A stretch of DNA of 64,000 nucleotides from an uncultured cyanobacterium (GTDB lineage Bacteria > Cyanobacteriota > Cyanobacteriia > PCC-6307 > Cyanobiaceae), in the NCBI GenBank assembly GCA_963765575.1, contig CAVXWZ010000002.1, positions 1 to 64,000 of the forward strand, given 5' to 3'. The notes under the pieces were generated by a model. That model worked only from the letters and a program-made list of their open reading frames with translations, did not search any database and had not been told where the DNA came from. The translations under genes and the position numbers were made by a program. Positions 40,822 to 51,221 of the stretch are shown here, in pieces. The stretch's first letter is position 1. The number at the start of each line of letters is the position of its first letter.

Positions 40822-42894
40822 TTGGACCTGCCGATCGATCACTTCCGGTTACTCGGGGTGAGCCCAGCCACCGATGTGCAGTCCGTGCTCCGCATCCTGG
40901 AGCAGCGCCTCGATCGGCCGCCCGATCAGGGCTTCACCCTGGAAACCCTCCAGGCCCGCGCCGAGCTGCTGCGCAGCAGTGCCGATCTGCTCACCGATCC
41001 GGAGCGGCGCCAGACCTACGAATCGGAACTCACCGCCCTCAACGCTTCCGGGGAATCCCTGCAGGCCGCCCTGGACGTGCCCGCCACCAAGGAGGTGGCC
41101 GGCCTGGTGCTGCTGCTGGAGGCGGGGATGGCCCTCGACGCCTTCGAGCTGGCCAGCCGCGCCCTGCAGCCGCCCCAGGCCCCGGCCCTGGGCAGTGGCC
41201 GGGAAGCGGATCTGAGCCTGGTGGCGGGCCTCGCCTGCCTGGAGGCGGCCAGGGATCTGCGCCAGGAACGCCGCTATGAGGCCGGGTCCCAGGTGCTGGC
41301 CCAGGGCAACCAGCTGTTGCAGCGGGTGGGGCAGCACGGCGGCCTGCGGCAGCAGATGGCCGATGAGCGCCGAACCCTGCGGCCCTACCGGGTGCTGGAT
41401 CTGCTCAGCCGCGACCTCAGCGCCAACCAGGAGCGGGGCGAAGGGCTGGCCCTGCTCGAGGAATTAGTGGAAGAGCGGGGCGGACTGGACGGCCACGCCG
41501 GTGCCGATCTCAGCTCCGAGGAATTTCAGGCCTTCTTTCAGCAGATCCGCGCCTATCTCACCGTGCAGGAGCAGATCGAGCTGCTGGAACGCTGGGCGCC
41601 CCGATCGACCACGGCCGACTTTCTGGCCGCCAGGGCACTCACCGCCCTGGGCTTCGCCCAGCGCAAGCCGGAGCGCATCGCCGAGGCCCGCGGCAGGCTG
41701 CTGCTGCGCAACAAACCCGAGTTCAAGCCCCTGCTGGCCTGCCTGAACCTGCTGCTGGGCCAGGTGGACACCGCCGAGTTCCAGTTCGCCGACGGTGCCA
41801 GCGAGGAGCTGCGCAACTGGGCGGCCCGCCAGAGCGATGAACCCCTGGCCCAGGTGTGCGCCTACTGCCGCGACTGGCTGGCCCGCGATGTGCTGCCCGG
41901 TTACCGCGACCTGGAGGCCGACGCCGACCTGGAGGCCTACTTCGCCGATCGCGACGTGCAGACCTACCTCGACGACCTGGAGCCCGGTGACGCCTCGGCG
42001 CCCCAGGCCACCACTGGCAAGGGGGGTTCGCTTCTCGGCGGCGGTCTGCGCTCCCCCTTCAGCCTGGCCGGCGCTGCCCTGCCCGGCGCCCAGGCCCTGC
42101 TGGGCTTCGGGCCCCTGGGGGAGCTGAGCAGCGAGGCCGAGGGCCGCCACGCCATGGCCATGGGCGCCGAGCCAGACGATGACGGGGCCGACGACGACGA
42201 GCTGGAGCAGGGGCGCACACCCCGGGGCTGGCGCCGGCCGGCCCTGCTTGTGGCCGGGGCCCTGGCCACCGTGCTGCTGGCCCTCGGCCTGGTGGCGCGG
42301 CTGCGGCCCACCGGCGAGCTGCTGGAGCCCGCCGCCAGCGAGGCCGCTGGGGAAGCTGGGGGCAAGCCGGCGGCCGCCGAGGGCGAGCAGCCCACCGACA
42401 AGCCCACCCAGAAACCAGCGGAGAAGCCCACACAGAAGCCAGCTGAGGGGGAATCCGCGAGCACAGCCGCGAAGCCCAGCGCCGCCGCAGCGGCGATCCC
42501 GCTGCGCAACGACCAGCCCAACCCCACCCAGATCCAGACCCTGCTCGAGACCTGGCTGGCCGCCAAGGCCTCGGTGCTGGCCGGCGATGATCCGCCTGCG
42601 GCTCTGGACGACCTGGCCCAGGACAGCCAACTGCGCCAGCTGCAGGCGGAGCGGCGCTCCGACCAGGCCCGCAACCACACCCAGCGCATCGAAACCGATG
42701 TGCAGGCGCTGAAACTGGAGAGCAGCAGTCCCCAGCGCATCAGCGCCGTGGTGACCCTGCGCTACCGCGGCACCCGCCTCAATGAGCAGGGCGAGGCGGT
42801 GGGGCAGGCCAGCAACCTGCAGCTGCGCAATCGCTACGTGTTCAGCCGCGACGGCAACACCTGGCGGGTGGTGAGCTTCCAGCGCGTGAACTGA
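40822..42894 (+). CDS. ftn2: Cell-division protein Ftn2/ZipN (ARC6/PARC6 family, IMS domain)
   Basis: MDLPIDHFRLLGV J-like N-terminus, LTVQEQ, LEAYFADRDVQ, TM helix, C-terminal WLAAKA IMS domain. Confidence 0.88.
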   Translation: MDLPIDHFRLLGVSPATDVQSVLRILEQRLDRPPDQGFTLETLQARAELLRSSADLLTDPERRQTYESELTALNASGESLQAALDVPATKEVAGLVLLLEAGMALDAFELASRALQPPQAPALGSGREADLSLVAGLACLEAARDLRQERRYEAGSQVLAQGNQLLQRVGQHGGLRQQMADERRTLRPYRVLDLLSRDLSANQERGEGLALLEELVEERGGLDGHAGADLSSEEFQAFFQQIRAYLTVQEQIELLERWAPRSTTADFLAARALTALGFAQRKPERIAEARGRLLLRNKPEFKPLLACLNLLLGQVDTAEFQFADGASEELRNWAARQSDEPLAQVCAYCRDWLARDVLPGYRDLEADADLEAYFADRDVQTYLDDLEPGDASAPQATTGKGGSLLGGGLRSPFSLAGAALPGAQALLGFGPLGELSSEAEGRHAMAMGAEPDDDGADDDELEQGRTPRGWRRPALLVAGALATVLLALGLVARLRPTGELLEPAASEAAGEAGGKPAAAEGEQPTDKPTQKPAEKPTQKPAEGESASTAAKPSAAAAAIPLRNDQPNPTQIQTLLETWLAAKASVLAGDDPPAALDDLAQDSQLRQLQAERRSDQARNHTQRIETDVQALKLESSSPQRISAVVTLRYRGTRLNEQGEAVGQASNLQLRNRYVFSRDGNTWRVVSFQRVN

Positions 42895-42932
42895 GCGGGC
42901 CGCCAGCGCCGGACCCCAGCCGCCCGCTTTTT
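42894..42932 (+). terminator. Possible intrinsic terminator after ftn2
   Basis: AGCGGGC...GCCCGCT followed by a T-run; the loop is long. Confidence 0.3.
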
Positions 42933-42966
42933 ACGATCAGATCCATCCGCCCCCGGCCCCTTCGCC

Positions 42967-44436
42967 ATGTTCGACGAGCTTTCCCAGCGGTTTGAGGATG
43001 CGGTCAAGGGCCTGAGGGGCCAGGCCAGCATCAGCGAAAGCAACGTCGACGAGGCCCTCAAGGACGTGCGCCGCGCCCTGCTGGAGGCCGATGTGAGCCT
43101 GCCGGTGGTCAAGGAGTTCGTGCAGGAGGTGCGCGCCAGGGCCCTCGGCGCCGAGGTGGTGCGCGGTATCAGCCCGGATCAGAAGTTCATCCAGTTGGTG
43201 CATGAACAGCTGGTGGAGACCATGGGCGGTGAGAACACGCCCCTGGCGGCCGGAGGCCAGGCGGGCGCACCGGCGGTGGTGCTGATGGCCGGTCTGCAGG
43301 GCGCGGGCAAAACCACCGCCACCGCCAAGCTGGGCCTGCACCTCAAGGAGCAGGGCCGCCGGGCCCTGATGGTGGCCGCCGACGTCTACCGCCCGGCGGC
43401 GATCGAGCAGCTGCAGACCCTGGGCGCCCAGATCGGCGTCGCCGTGTTCAGCCTCGGCCAGGAGGCGAAACCGGAAGCGATCGCCGCCGCCGGCATTGCC
43501 AAAGCCAAGGCCGAGGGTTTCGACACGGTGCTGGTGGACACCGCCGGCCGCCTCCAGATCGACATCTCGATGATGGAGGAGATGGTGCGGATCCGGGAGG
43601 CCTGCAGCCCCGATGAGGTGCTGCTGGTGGTGGACTCGATGATCGGCCAGGAGGCCGCCGAACTCACCCGCGCCTTCCATGAGCAGGTGGGCATCACCGG
43701 CGCCGTGCTCACCAAGCTCGACGGCGACTCCCGCGGCGGCGCCGCCCTCTCGATCCGCAAGGTGAGCGGCGCGCCGATCAAGTTCATCGGCACCGGCGAG
43801 AAGGTGGAGGCCCTGCAGCCCTTCCACCCCGAGCGCATGGCCAGCCGCATCCTCGGCATGGGCGATGTGCTCACCCTGGTGGAGAAGGCCCAGAAGGAGG
43901 TGGAACTGGCCGATGTGGCGCGCATGCAGCAGAAGCTGCAGGAGGCCACCTTCGACTTCTCCGACTTCCTGCAGCAGATGCGCGTGATCAAGCGCATGGG
44001 CTCGCTCGGCGGCCTGATGAAGCTGATCCCGGGCATGAACAAGATCGACGACGGCATGCTCAAGCAGGGGGAGCAGCAGCTGCGGCGGATCGAGGCGATG
44101 ATCGGCTCGATGACCGAGGCCGAGCGCGGCAACCCCGACCTGCTGGCGTCCGCCCCCTCCCGCCGTCGCCGCATCGCCGGTGGCTGCGGCCACAGCCCGG
44201 CCGATGTGGACAAGGTGCTGGCCGACTTCCAGAAGATGCGCGGCTTCATGAAGCAGATGAGCCAGGGCGGCGGCGTGCCGGGCATGGGCGGTGGCCTGCC
44301 CGGCATGGGCGGCCTGCCCGGCATGGGCGGGCTGCCCGGCATGGGCGGCGCTCCGGCAGCTGGTGCGGGGCGTGGGCGCGGGCCAGGCAAGGCCCCCCGG
44401 CCGGCCAAGAAGCGCAAGGGCTTCGGCGACCTCTGA
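42967..44436 (+). CDS. ffh: Signal recognition particle protein
   Basis: LLEADV, GLQGAGKTT, DTAGR, TKLDGD, RILGMGD, Met-rich M domain. Confidence 0.98.
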   Translation: MFDELSQRFEDAVKGLRGQASISESNVDEALKDVRRALLEADVSLPVVKEFVQEVRARALGAEVVRGISPDQKFIQLVHEQLVETMGGENTPLAAGGQAGAPAVVLMAGLQGAGKTTATAKLGLHLKEQGRRALMVAADVYRPAAIEQLQTLGAQIGVAVFSLGQEAKPEAIAAAGIAKAKAEGFDTVLVDTAGRLQIDISMMEEMVRIREACSPDEVLLVVDSMIGQEAAELTRAFHEQVGITGAVLTKLDGDSRGGAALSIRKVSGAPIKFIGTGEKVEALQPFHPERMASRILGMGDVLTLVEKAQKEVELADVARMQQKLQEATFDFSDFLQQMRVIKRMGSLGGLMKLIPGMNKIDDGMLKQGEQQLRRIEAMIGSMTEAERGNPDLLASAPSRRRRIAGGCGHSPADVDKVLADFQKMRGFMKQMSQGGGVPGMGGGLPGMGGLPGMGGLPGMGGAPAAGAGRGRGPGKAPRPAKKRKGFGDL

Positions 44437-44493
44437 GCTGCGGCCACCCCAGGGGGTACATTGCTTCTTTGCACCTTTTGCGGCTAAGCCACG

Positions 44494-44919
44494 ATGATCA
44501 AGCTCCGGCTGAAGCGGTTTGGCAAGAAGCGGGAAGCGAGCTTCCGCCTGGTGGCCGTGAACAGCACCTCCCGCCGCGACGGCCGGCCCCTTGAGGAGCT
44601 CGGTTTCTACAACCCCCGCACCAAGGAAACCCGCCTCGACACCGAGGCCATCCGCGCCCGCCTGGCCCAGGGTGCCCAGCCCACCGACACCGTGCTGACA
44701 CTGCTGGAGCGTGGCGGTCTGGTGGAGAAGACCGTGCGCTCCTCGGTGGTGGTGGGGCAGAAGAAACAGGCTGCCGCCCGCGATGCCGCCACCAAACAGG
44801 CAGCCAGGGAGGCCGCCGAAGCCAAGGCTGCTGAAGAAGCCAAGGCCGCTGAAGAAGCCAAGGCCGCCGCTGAACAGGCCGCTGCTGCATCTGCCGACGA
44901 GGCCCCGGCCGAGGCTTGA
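44494..44919 (+). CDS. rpsP: 30S ribosomal protein S16 with an Ala/Glu/Lys-rich tail
   Basis: [35 protein letters not shown]. Confidence 0.97.
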   Translation: MIKLRLKRFGKKREASFRLVAVNSTSRRDGRPLEELGFYNPRTKETRLDTEAIRARLAQGAQPTDTVLTLLERGGLVEKTVRSSVVVGQKKQAAARDAATKQAAREAAEAKAAEEAKAAEEAKAAAEQAAAASADEAPAEA

Positions 44920-45932
44920 GCTCCGGCCCCCCAGCCGAGCCTGGCGGGCTCTCCAGCGCCACCCTCTCCCTGCCCACAACGGCCGCCGCCCTGGCCCTGG
45001 CCGGAGATGGGGAAGCCACCCTGCGCCGCCTGGAGGCCCTCACCGGTGCCTCGCTGGTGCTGCGCGGGCTCGACCTCACCCTGCGGGCCCGCCCACCGCA
45101 GCTGGAGCGGCTCACCAGCCTGCTGGACATGCTCCGCCCCCTCTGGCTGGAGGGCCAGAGCATCAGCCAGGTGGACCTCAACACCGCCCTGCAGGCCCTC
45201 GACAGCGGCCGCGGCGACGAGCATCGCGACCTCAGCAAGCTGGTGCTGGCCCGCAGCCAGACAGGCCGCATGCTGCGGCCCCGCACCCTGCGCCAGAAGG
45301 CCTACGTGCAGGCCATGGAGCGCAACGACCTCACCCTGGCCCTGGGTCCGGCCGGCACCGGCAAAACCTTCCTGGCCACGGTGCTGGCGGTGCGCATGCT
45401 CCAGGAGCGGCGCGTCGAGCGCCTGATCCTCACCCGGCCGGCGGTGGAGGCCGGCGAGCGCCTCGGCTTCCTCCCCGGCGACCTGCAGCAGAAGGTGGAT
45501 CCCTATCTGCGGCCGCTCTACGACGCCCTGCACACCCTGCTGGGTGCGGAGCGCACCGCCACCCTGCTGGAGAAAGGCGTGATTGAGGTGGCCCCCCTGG
45601 CCTACATGCGCGGCCGCACCCTCGCCGAGGCCTTCGTGATCCTCGATGAGGCCCAGAACACCACCAGCGCCCAGATGCGCATGGTGCTCACCCGCCTGGG
45701 CGAAAACTCGCGCATGGTGGTCACCGGTGACCCCAGCCAGAGCGACCTGCCGCCCGGCGCAGTGAGCGGACTGAGCGAAGCCTCCCAGGTGCTCGACGGC
45801 GTGGAGGGGGTGGCCATCTGTCAGCTCACGGCCGCCGACGTGGTGCGCCATCCGCTGGTGCAGCGGCTGGTGAACGCCTACGCCGAGCGCGACAGACGCA
45901 CGCCGCCAAGGCGCCTGCCCCCGAGGGGGTGA
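44916..45932 (+). CDS. phoH: PhoH-family ATPase
   Basis: [44 protein letters not shown]. Confidence 0.94.
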   Translation: MSSGPPAEPGGLSSATLSLPTTAAALALAGDGEATLRRLEALTGASLVLRGLDLTLRARPPQLERLTSLLDMLRPLWLEGQSISQVDLNTALQALDSGRGDEHRDLSKLVLARSQTGRMLRPRTLRQKAYVQAMERNDLTLALGPAGTGKTFLATVLAVRMLQERRVERLILTRPAVEAGERLGFLPGDLQQKVDPYLRPLYDALHTLLGAERTATLLEKGVIEVAPLAYMRGRTLAEAFVILDEAQNTTSAQMRMVLTRLGENSRMVVTGDPSQSDLPPGAVSGLSEASQVLDGVEGVAICQLTAADVVRHPLVQRLVNAYAERDRRTPPRRLPPRG

Positions 45933-46016
45933 TCCGCACCCGCCAGCGGACCATCAAGCCTGCCGCCGGCAGGCGGACGCTGGCAGGATGGATGAACTTC
46001 ACAGATCCGGGGCGTC

Positions 46017-46757
46017 ATGCCGGCCAGCAGCAATTTCCAGGAGGCCATCCGCGAGGCGCAATCCAGCGCCCTGGTGGGCCCCAATGTCGTCAACAAGGCC
46101 CTGCCCTACGTGGGTGGCGGCATGGTGCTCACCGCCGCTGGCGTGGTGGGGGGCATCGCCACCCTCGGCTCGATCGGACCGGCGGCCTTCTCCACCGTGT
46201 CCCTGGTGGCGATCATCCCCTGGTTCATCCTCTTCTTTGTTGCCCAGAACGCGGCCAGCAAGGCCAACAACGGCACCGCCCTTCCCCTGCTCGCCACCTT
46301 CAGCCTGCTCACCGGCTTCACCCTCACCGGCCTGGTGATCAGGGCGGTGGCGGTGGCCGGTGCCGGCGCCATCGGCACCGCCACCCTGGCCACCGGCATC
46401 ACCTTCGTGGTGGCCTCGTTCGCCGGACGCCGCATGAGCGACAGCGTCGGTCAGGCCCTCAGCGGTGTGGTGGGCCTCGGCCTGATCGGCCTGCTGATCG
46501 CCATGGTGGTGCAGATCGTGGGCAGCATCTTCGTGCCGGGGATGTTCGGAGGCAATGGCCTGGAGCTGGTGATCGCCGGCTTCGGCACCGTGCTGTTCGT
46601 GGGCATGGCGTTTGTGGACTTCTACACAATGCCCCGCACCTACAACGATGACCAGTACCTCGCCGGGGCGCTGGGGATGTACCTCACCTACATCAATCTG
46701 TTCATCTTCATCCTGCGTCTGATCATTGCCCTGCAGGGCGGTGGTCGCCGCGAGTGA
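46017..46757 (+). CDS. Bax inhibitor-1/YccA-family membrane protein
   Basis: Seven TM-like segments; ALGMYLTYINLFIFILRL C-terminal motif. Confidence 0.9.
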   Translation: MPASSNFQEAIREAQSSALVGPNVVNKALPYVGGGMVLTAAGVVGGIATLGSIGPAAFSTVSLVAIIPWFILFFVAQNAASKANNGTALPLLATFSLLTGFTLTGLVIRAVAVAGAGAIGTATLATGITFVVASFAGRRMSDSVGQALSGVVGLGLIGLLIAMVVQIVGSIFVPGMFGGNGLELVIAGFGTVLFVGMAFVDFYTMPRTYNDDQYLAGALGMYLTYINLFIFILRLIIALQGGGRRE

Positions 46758-46768
46758 GGCCCCCGGCC

Positions 46769-47293
46769 TCACTCGGCCACGGCCTCGATGGCTGAGCTGA
46801 TCGCCTGCTTCTGCGCGGCGTCATAGCCCCAGCGCTCGAGGAAGGCGACATCGTCCCCCAGCCCCTCCCGGGCGGCGGCCAGCAGCGTTTCCAGCCGCTG
46901 CTTCACCGCCTGGGGGTCGAGTTGCCGCAACAGTTCGGTGCAGCGCAGCCGCACCCGCTCGGAGCTCGCCTGCTGCTGCCCGTCGCCGCCGCGCCCGTGA
47001 TGCAGGGCCATGGCGGTGCTCATGGCCAGGTTGCGGGCGGTGAGATCCACCACCTCAGCGCCGGCGGCCCGCAACTGCAGCACCAGGGGCTCGGGCAGGC
47101 GGTCCATCAGCGGACAATCGCCGGCCAGGCTGACCACGAAGAAGCCGCGGCCACCGTCACGGCTGGCCACCAGTTCAGCGACGCGATCGGCGAGCACCTC
47201 ATCGCTGAGTTGGCCGTGCTCCCACAGTCCCAGCCACTGGGCCGTGATCTCCATGGCCTGCTGGAAGGAGGGTTCGAGGGGGGTGGTGGTCAT
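46769..47293 (-). CDS. Conserved cyanobacterial hypothetical protein
   Basis: SFQQAMEIT, GRGFFV, NLAMSTAMALHH, FLERWGYD. Confidence 0.8.
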   Translation of the reverse strand: MTTTPLEPSFQQAMEITAQWLGLWEHGQLSDEVLADRVAELVASRDGGRGFFVVSLAGDCPLMDRLPEPLVLQLRAAGAEVVDLTARNLAMSTAMALHHGRGGDGQQQASSERVRLRCTELLRQLDPQAVKQRLETLLAAAREGLGDDVAFLERWGYDAAQKQAISSAIEAVAE

Positions 47294-47335
47294 GGCAAGC
47301 GGCGCCTGGATCAGCGAACTGGCAGTGTTGAGGTT

Positions 47336-48436
47336 ATGGACCCGCACCCCTCAAGCGCCGGCAGCCCCCCAGACGCCAGCACGAGCTCCAGCAGCAACGG
47401 GCCCGGCCGCCTGGCCATGCCGGAGGGTGAGACCGGCGTGCTGCTGCCGATTCCCGATCCCGCCGAATCGGCGCGGCTGCTGGCTGGTGGCGCCCGGAAC
47501 GGGCCCGACGGCAGCGACACCGGCACCCCCTTCCACTCCGGTTTCGTGGCCCTGATCGGCCGCCCCAACGTGGGCAAGAGCACCCTGCTCAACCAGCTGG
47601 TGGGCCAGAAGGTGGCGATCACCTCGCCCGTGGCCCAGACCACCCGCCACCGCCTGCGGGCCATCCTCACCACCCCCGCCGCCCAGCTGGTGCTGCTGGA
47701 CACCCCCGGCATCCACAAGCCCCACCACCTGCTCGGGGAACGGCTGGTGAAGGCGGCCCGCGGCGCCATCGGCGACGTGGACGTGGTGCTGCTGCTGGTG
47801 GATGGCAGCCAGAGCGCCGGCCGCGGCGACGGCTTCATCGTTGAGCTGCTGCGCCACTGCCGCCAACCCGTGCACGTGGCGCTCAACAAGTGGGATCAGG
47901 TGGACGCCGATGCCGCCGAGGAGCTGGCCGCCAGCTACCGCCAACTGCTGCAAGGGGATGGGGACAGTCCGCCGCTGAACTGGCCCCTGCACCGGGTGAG
48001 CGCCCTCACCGGCGCCGGCACCACGGAGCTGGTGGCGGCCCTGGGCGCGGCCCTGCCCCGCGGCGGCCACCTCTACCCGCCGGATGCGGTGAGCGATCAG
48101 CCCGAGCAACTGCTGATGGCCGAGCTGATCCGCGAGCAGGTGCTCAACCACACCCGCGAGGAGGTGCCCCACTCGGTGGCGGTGAGCGTGGAGCGGGTGG
48201 TGGAGGACGGTCCGCGCACGGCGGTGCTGGCCACGGTGGTGGTGGAGCGCACCAGCCAGAAGGGCATCCTGATCGGCAAGGGGGGTCGCATGCTGCGCAC
48301 GATCGGCCAGGGGGCCAGGCTGCAGATGGAGAAGCTGGTGGGCGGCCCGGTGTATCTGGAGCTGTTTGTGAAGGTGGTGCCGGGTTGGCGGCGCAACGCC
48401 GCCCGGCTGGCCGAGCTGGGTTACCGGGGCGAGTGA
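47336..48436 (+). CDS. era: GTPase Era
   Basis: GRPNVGKSTL, QTTR, DTPG, NKWD, IREQ, EEVPHS, KH domain IGKGG. Start uncertain (47336 or 47417). Confidence 0.96.
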   Translation: MDPHPSSAGSPPDASTSSSSNGPGRLAMPEGETGVLLPIPDPAESARLLAGGARNGPDGSDTGTPFHSGFVALIGRPNVGKSTLLNQLVGQKVAITSPVAQTTRHRLRAILTTPAAQLVLLDTPGIHKPHHLLGERLVKAARGAIGDVDVVLLLVDGSQSAGRGDGFIVELLRHCRQPVHVALNKWDQVDADAAEELAASYRQLLQGDGDSPPLNWPLHRVSALTGAGTTELVAALGAALPRGGHLYPPDAVSDQPEQLLMAELIREQVLNHTREEVPHSVAVSVERVVEDGPRTAVLATVVVERTSQKGILIGKGGRMLRTIGQGARLQMEKLVGGPVYLELFVKVVPGWRRNAARLAELGYRGE

Positions 48437-48472
48437 GCCGGGGCGGCGCCGGGCAGCTGAGAGAATCAGGCC

Positions 48473-49027
48473 ATGACCGAGGCCAGCACTCCCGACACCC
48501 CTTTCCCGCCGCAATCGATCGCGGCCTTTCTGCGCTGCTGTGCCGGCGAGTGGATGAGCCTGCGCAGCCGTTTCGCCCTGGAGCAGGCCGCCCTCATCCA
48601 GCTCCCTGCCGGCACTGATGGCGCCGGTGAAGCTGAAGCGGCTGCGGGCGAGGCGGGTGAGGGCGATGAGTGGCACACCAGCGAGCGCGGTGAGCTGGTG
48701 GTGCTCTACCTGGAGCCGGCCGATGGCCAAGCGCCGGGCGGGCTGCAGGTGGGCCCCAAGGGGCAGCCGGCCCAGCGGCTGCTGTTCGCCGCCGACGGCA
48801 GCTTCGAGAGCGGCGGCCGGCGCGGCAGCTGGCAGCTCTGGCCCGATGGCAGCCTGGAGCTGTTGCTGGTGCAGGAGGGCATCCAGCTGCGCGAGCGCAT
48901 CTGGTTCACCAAGCCCAACCTGCGCCTGCGCTCCACCGTGGAGAGCCGCAGCGACGGTCGGCCGGGACGGGCCAGCTTCAGCTCCGAGATCCGCCGGGTG
49001 AGCCGTCCGGCCCCGCCGGCCGCCTGA
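48473..49027 (+). CDS. Phycobiliprotein lyase, CpcS/CpeS family
   Basis: GEWMSLRS, ERIWFTKPNLRLRS, ASFSSEIRR. Confidence 0.88.
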   Translation: MTEASTPDTPFPPQSIAAFLRCCAGEWMSLRSRFALEQAALIQLPAGTDGAGEAEAAAGEAGEGDEWHTSERGELVVLYLEPADGQAPGGLQVGPKGQPAQRLLFAADGSFESGGRRGSWQLWPDGSLELLLVQEGIQLRERIWFTKPNLRLRSTVESRSDGRPGRASFSSEIRRVSRPAPPAA

Positions 49028-49058
49028 GCCCTGACCCGCCCGCTGATGGCCTGACGCA

Positions 49059-49757
49059 ATGCGCCTCGATGTGGTGAGCCTGGCCCCCGAGGCCCTCCGG
49101 CCTCTGCTCAGCCTCGGCGTGGTGGGGCGGGCCTTTGCTGCCGGCATCGCCTCCCTGCACACCCACAACCCCCGCGACTTCGCCAGCGACCGCTACCGCA
49201 AGGTGGATGACGAGCCCTACGGCGGCGGCGCCGGCATGGTGCTCAAACCCGAGCCGGTGTTCGCCGCGGTGGAGGCGATTCCGGCGCTGCCGCGGCGCCG
49301 CGTGCTGCTGATGAGCCCCCAGGGCGCGCCGCTGGGCCAGGCCGACCTGCGCCGCTGGGCCGCCGCGCACGACCAGCTGGTGCTGCTCTGCGGCCACTAC
49401 GAGGGCTTCGATGAGCGCATCCGCAGCCTCGCCGACGAGGAGGTGTCGCTCGGTGACTTCGTGCTCACCGGCGGTGAGCTGCCGGCGGCGGTGGTGATCA
49501 ACGGCGTGGTGCGGCTGCTGCCGGGAACCGTGGGCACGGCCGCCTGCCTCGACGATGAGAGCCACAGTGCCCTGCTGCTGGAGCATCCCCATTACACGCG
49601 GCCGGCCACGTTCCGGGACATGACCGTGCCGGCGGTGCTGCGCAGCGGCGACCATGGCGCCATCGCCCACTGGCGCCGGGAGCAGCAACGCCAGCGCACC
49701 GCCGAGCGCCGCCCCGACCTCTACGCCCGCTGGCAGGCTGAACAGGACCCCGGCTGA
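49059..49757 (+). CDS. trmD: tRNA (guanine37-N1)-methyltransferase
   Basis: VDDEPYGGGAGMV, CGHYEGFDER, SLGDFVLTGGE, LEHPHYTRP, SGDH. Confidence 0.97.
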   Translation: MRLDVVSLAPEALRPLLSLGVVGRAFAAGIASLHTHNPRDFASDRYRKVDDEPYGGGAGMVLKPEPVFAAVEAIPALPRRRVLLMSPQGAPLGQADLRRWAAAHDQLVLLCGHYEGFDERIRSLADEEVSLGDFVLTGGELPAAVVINGVVRLLPGTVGTAACLDDESHSALLLEHPHYTRPATFRDMTVPAVLRSGDHGAIAHWRREQQRQRTAERRPDLYARWQAEQDPG

Positions 49758-49791
49758 TCCCCCGGGCGGACAGAGGTGAAGGGGCTGGGCT

Positions 49792-50673
49792 TCAGCCCTG
49801 GCCGCTCTGCAGCCCTTTGAGCGCCATGAGCAGGGCAGCCGGGCTCTGGGGATCCACCATCAGCACGCTGCCGCCCTTGGCGTGGGCCATCTGCTCGCCC
49901 ATCTCCATCCAGTCGCGGGCCAGCAGCAGGCGCAGGGCCTCGGCGGCGCCAGGATCGGCCGCGATCGCCTTGGCCAGACAGGTGGCGGCGGCGGCGCGGG
50001 CCTCGGCCTGCAGGTTTTGCTGCTTGGCCTCGGCCTCGGCCTGCAGCAGCAGGGCCTGGGCCCGGCCGCGGGCGGCGTTGAGCTCGCTGTCGCGCACGCC
50101 TTCCGAGCGCAGAATGGCGGCCCGCTTCTCGCGCTCGGCCGTCATCTGCTGCTCCATCGCCTGCTGCACGCCGGCGGAGGGACGGATGTCGCGCAGTTCC
50201 ACCCGGGTCACCTTCACGCCCCAGGGGTCGGTGGCCAGGTCCAGCTCACGCAGCAGGGCCTCGTTCACCTCCTGGCGGGTGGTGAAGGTCTGGTCGAGGT
50301 CGAGCTTGCCCATCTCGGCGCGGATCTGGGTGAGCACCAGGTTCACCATCGCCGCCTGCAGGTTGTCAACGCCGTAGTAGGCGCGGGCGTGCTCCAGCAG
50401 CTGCCAGTACACCACCGCATCCACCTCGATCGACACGTTGTCGCGGGTGATGCACTGCTGCGGCGGGATGTCGAGCACCCGCTCCTTGAGCGACTCATGG
50501 CTCACCACCTTCTCCACCACCGGCAGCACGAAGGAGAGGCCCGGCTGCAGCTGGCGGTCGTACTTGCCGAGGCGCTCCACCAGCCGCGACTGGCCGCCGC
50601 TGGTGACCTTGACGCTGTTGAGGCCCAGAAACCCCATCACCACGAGAGCGGGCAGACCAAACAGGGCTTCCAT
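49792..50673 (-). CDS. SPFH/band 7 (stomatin/paraslipin-like) protein
   Basis: VERLGKY, ITRDNV, WGVKVTRVELRDI, QMTAEREKRAAIL. Confidence 0.93.
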   Translation of the reverse strand: MEALFGLPALVVMGFLGLNSVKVTSGGQSRLVERLGKYDRQLQPGLSFVLPVVEKVVSHESLKERVLDIPPQQCITRDNVSIEVDAVVYWQLLEHARAYYGVDNLQAAMVNLVLTQIRAEMGKLDLDQTFTTRQEVNEALLRELDLATDPWGVKVTRVELRDIRPSAGVQQAMEQQMTAEREKRAAILRSEGVRDSELNAARGRAQALLLQAEAEAKQQNLQAEARAAAATCLAKAIAADPGAAEALRLLLARDWMEMGEQMAHAKGGSVLMVDPQSPAALLMALKGLQSGQG

Positions 50674-50768
50674 GGGCAACACACCGACCTGTAGCGATCG
50701 GAATCAACGGCATCCCCCAAACCTAGGCACCATGGAGATCACCCCCCACGCGCCCCCCGTCCCCGGCC

Positions 50769-51203
50769 ATGGCTGTCGCTGCGTTGATCTGGCTGGCGGT
50801 GGGGCTGACGCTGCTGCTGCTCGAGGTTCTGGGGGCGGAATTCGACGGCCTGCTGGCCGCTGCCCTGGCCGCCCTCACGGTCTCGATCACCGCGGCCCTG
50901 CTGCCCCTGCCGGCGGCCGGCCAGTTGCTGCTGTTCGTCCTGCTCAGCGGCGCGCTGCTGCTGGGGCTGCAGCGCTGGTCGCTGCGGCGGCGTGAGCGCG
51001 CCATCCCCCTCTCCCAAGGCGCCGACCAGGCGCGGGTGATCAGCAGCTTCGACGCCGGCGGTGAGGGCCGGGTGCGCTGGCAAGGCCAGAGCTGGGCGGC
51101 CACCAACCTGGAACCCCACCAGCCCCTGCGATCCGGGGAGGAGGTGATGGTGATGGGCCGGGAGGGCAACCACCTGCAGGTCGTGCCCCTGCCGCCGGGC
51201 TGA
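50769..51203 (+). CDS. NfeD-family protein (short form)
   Basis: Three TM segments followed by an OB-fold: GRVRWQGQSWAA, V...REGNHLQV. Confidence 0.88.
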   Translation: MAVAALIWLAVGLTLLLLEVLGAEFDGLLAAALAALTVSITAALLPLPAAGQLLLFVLLSGALLLGLQRWSLRRRERAIPLSQGADQARVISSFDAGGEGRVRWQGQSWAATNLEPHQPLRSGEEVMVMGREGNHLQVVPLPPG

Positions 51204-51221
51204 GCCTTGGGGGGCTGAGCG

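Noticed and set aside
44275..44350. GGLPGM repeats in ffh
   Set aside because: A normal Gly/Met-rich C-terminus of cyanobacterial Ffh.
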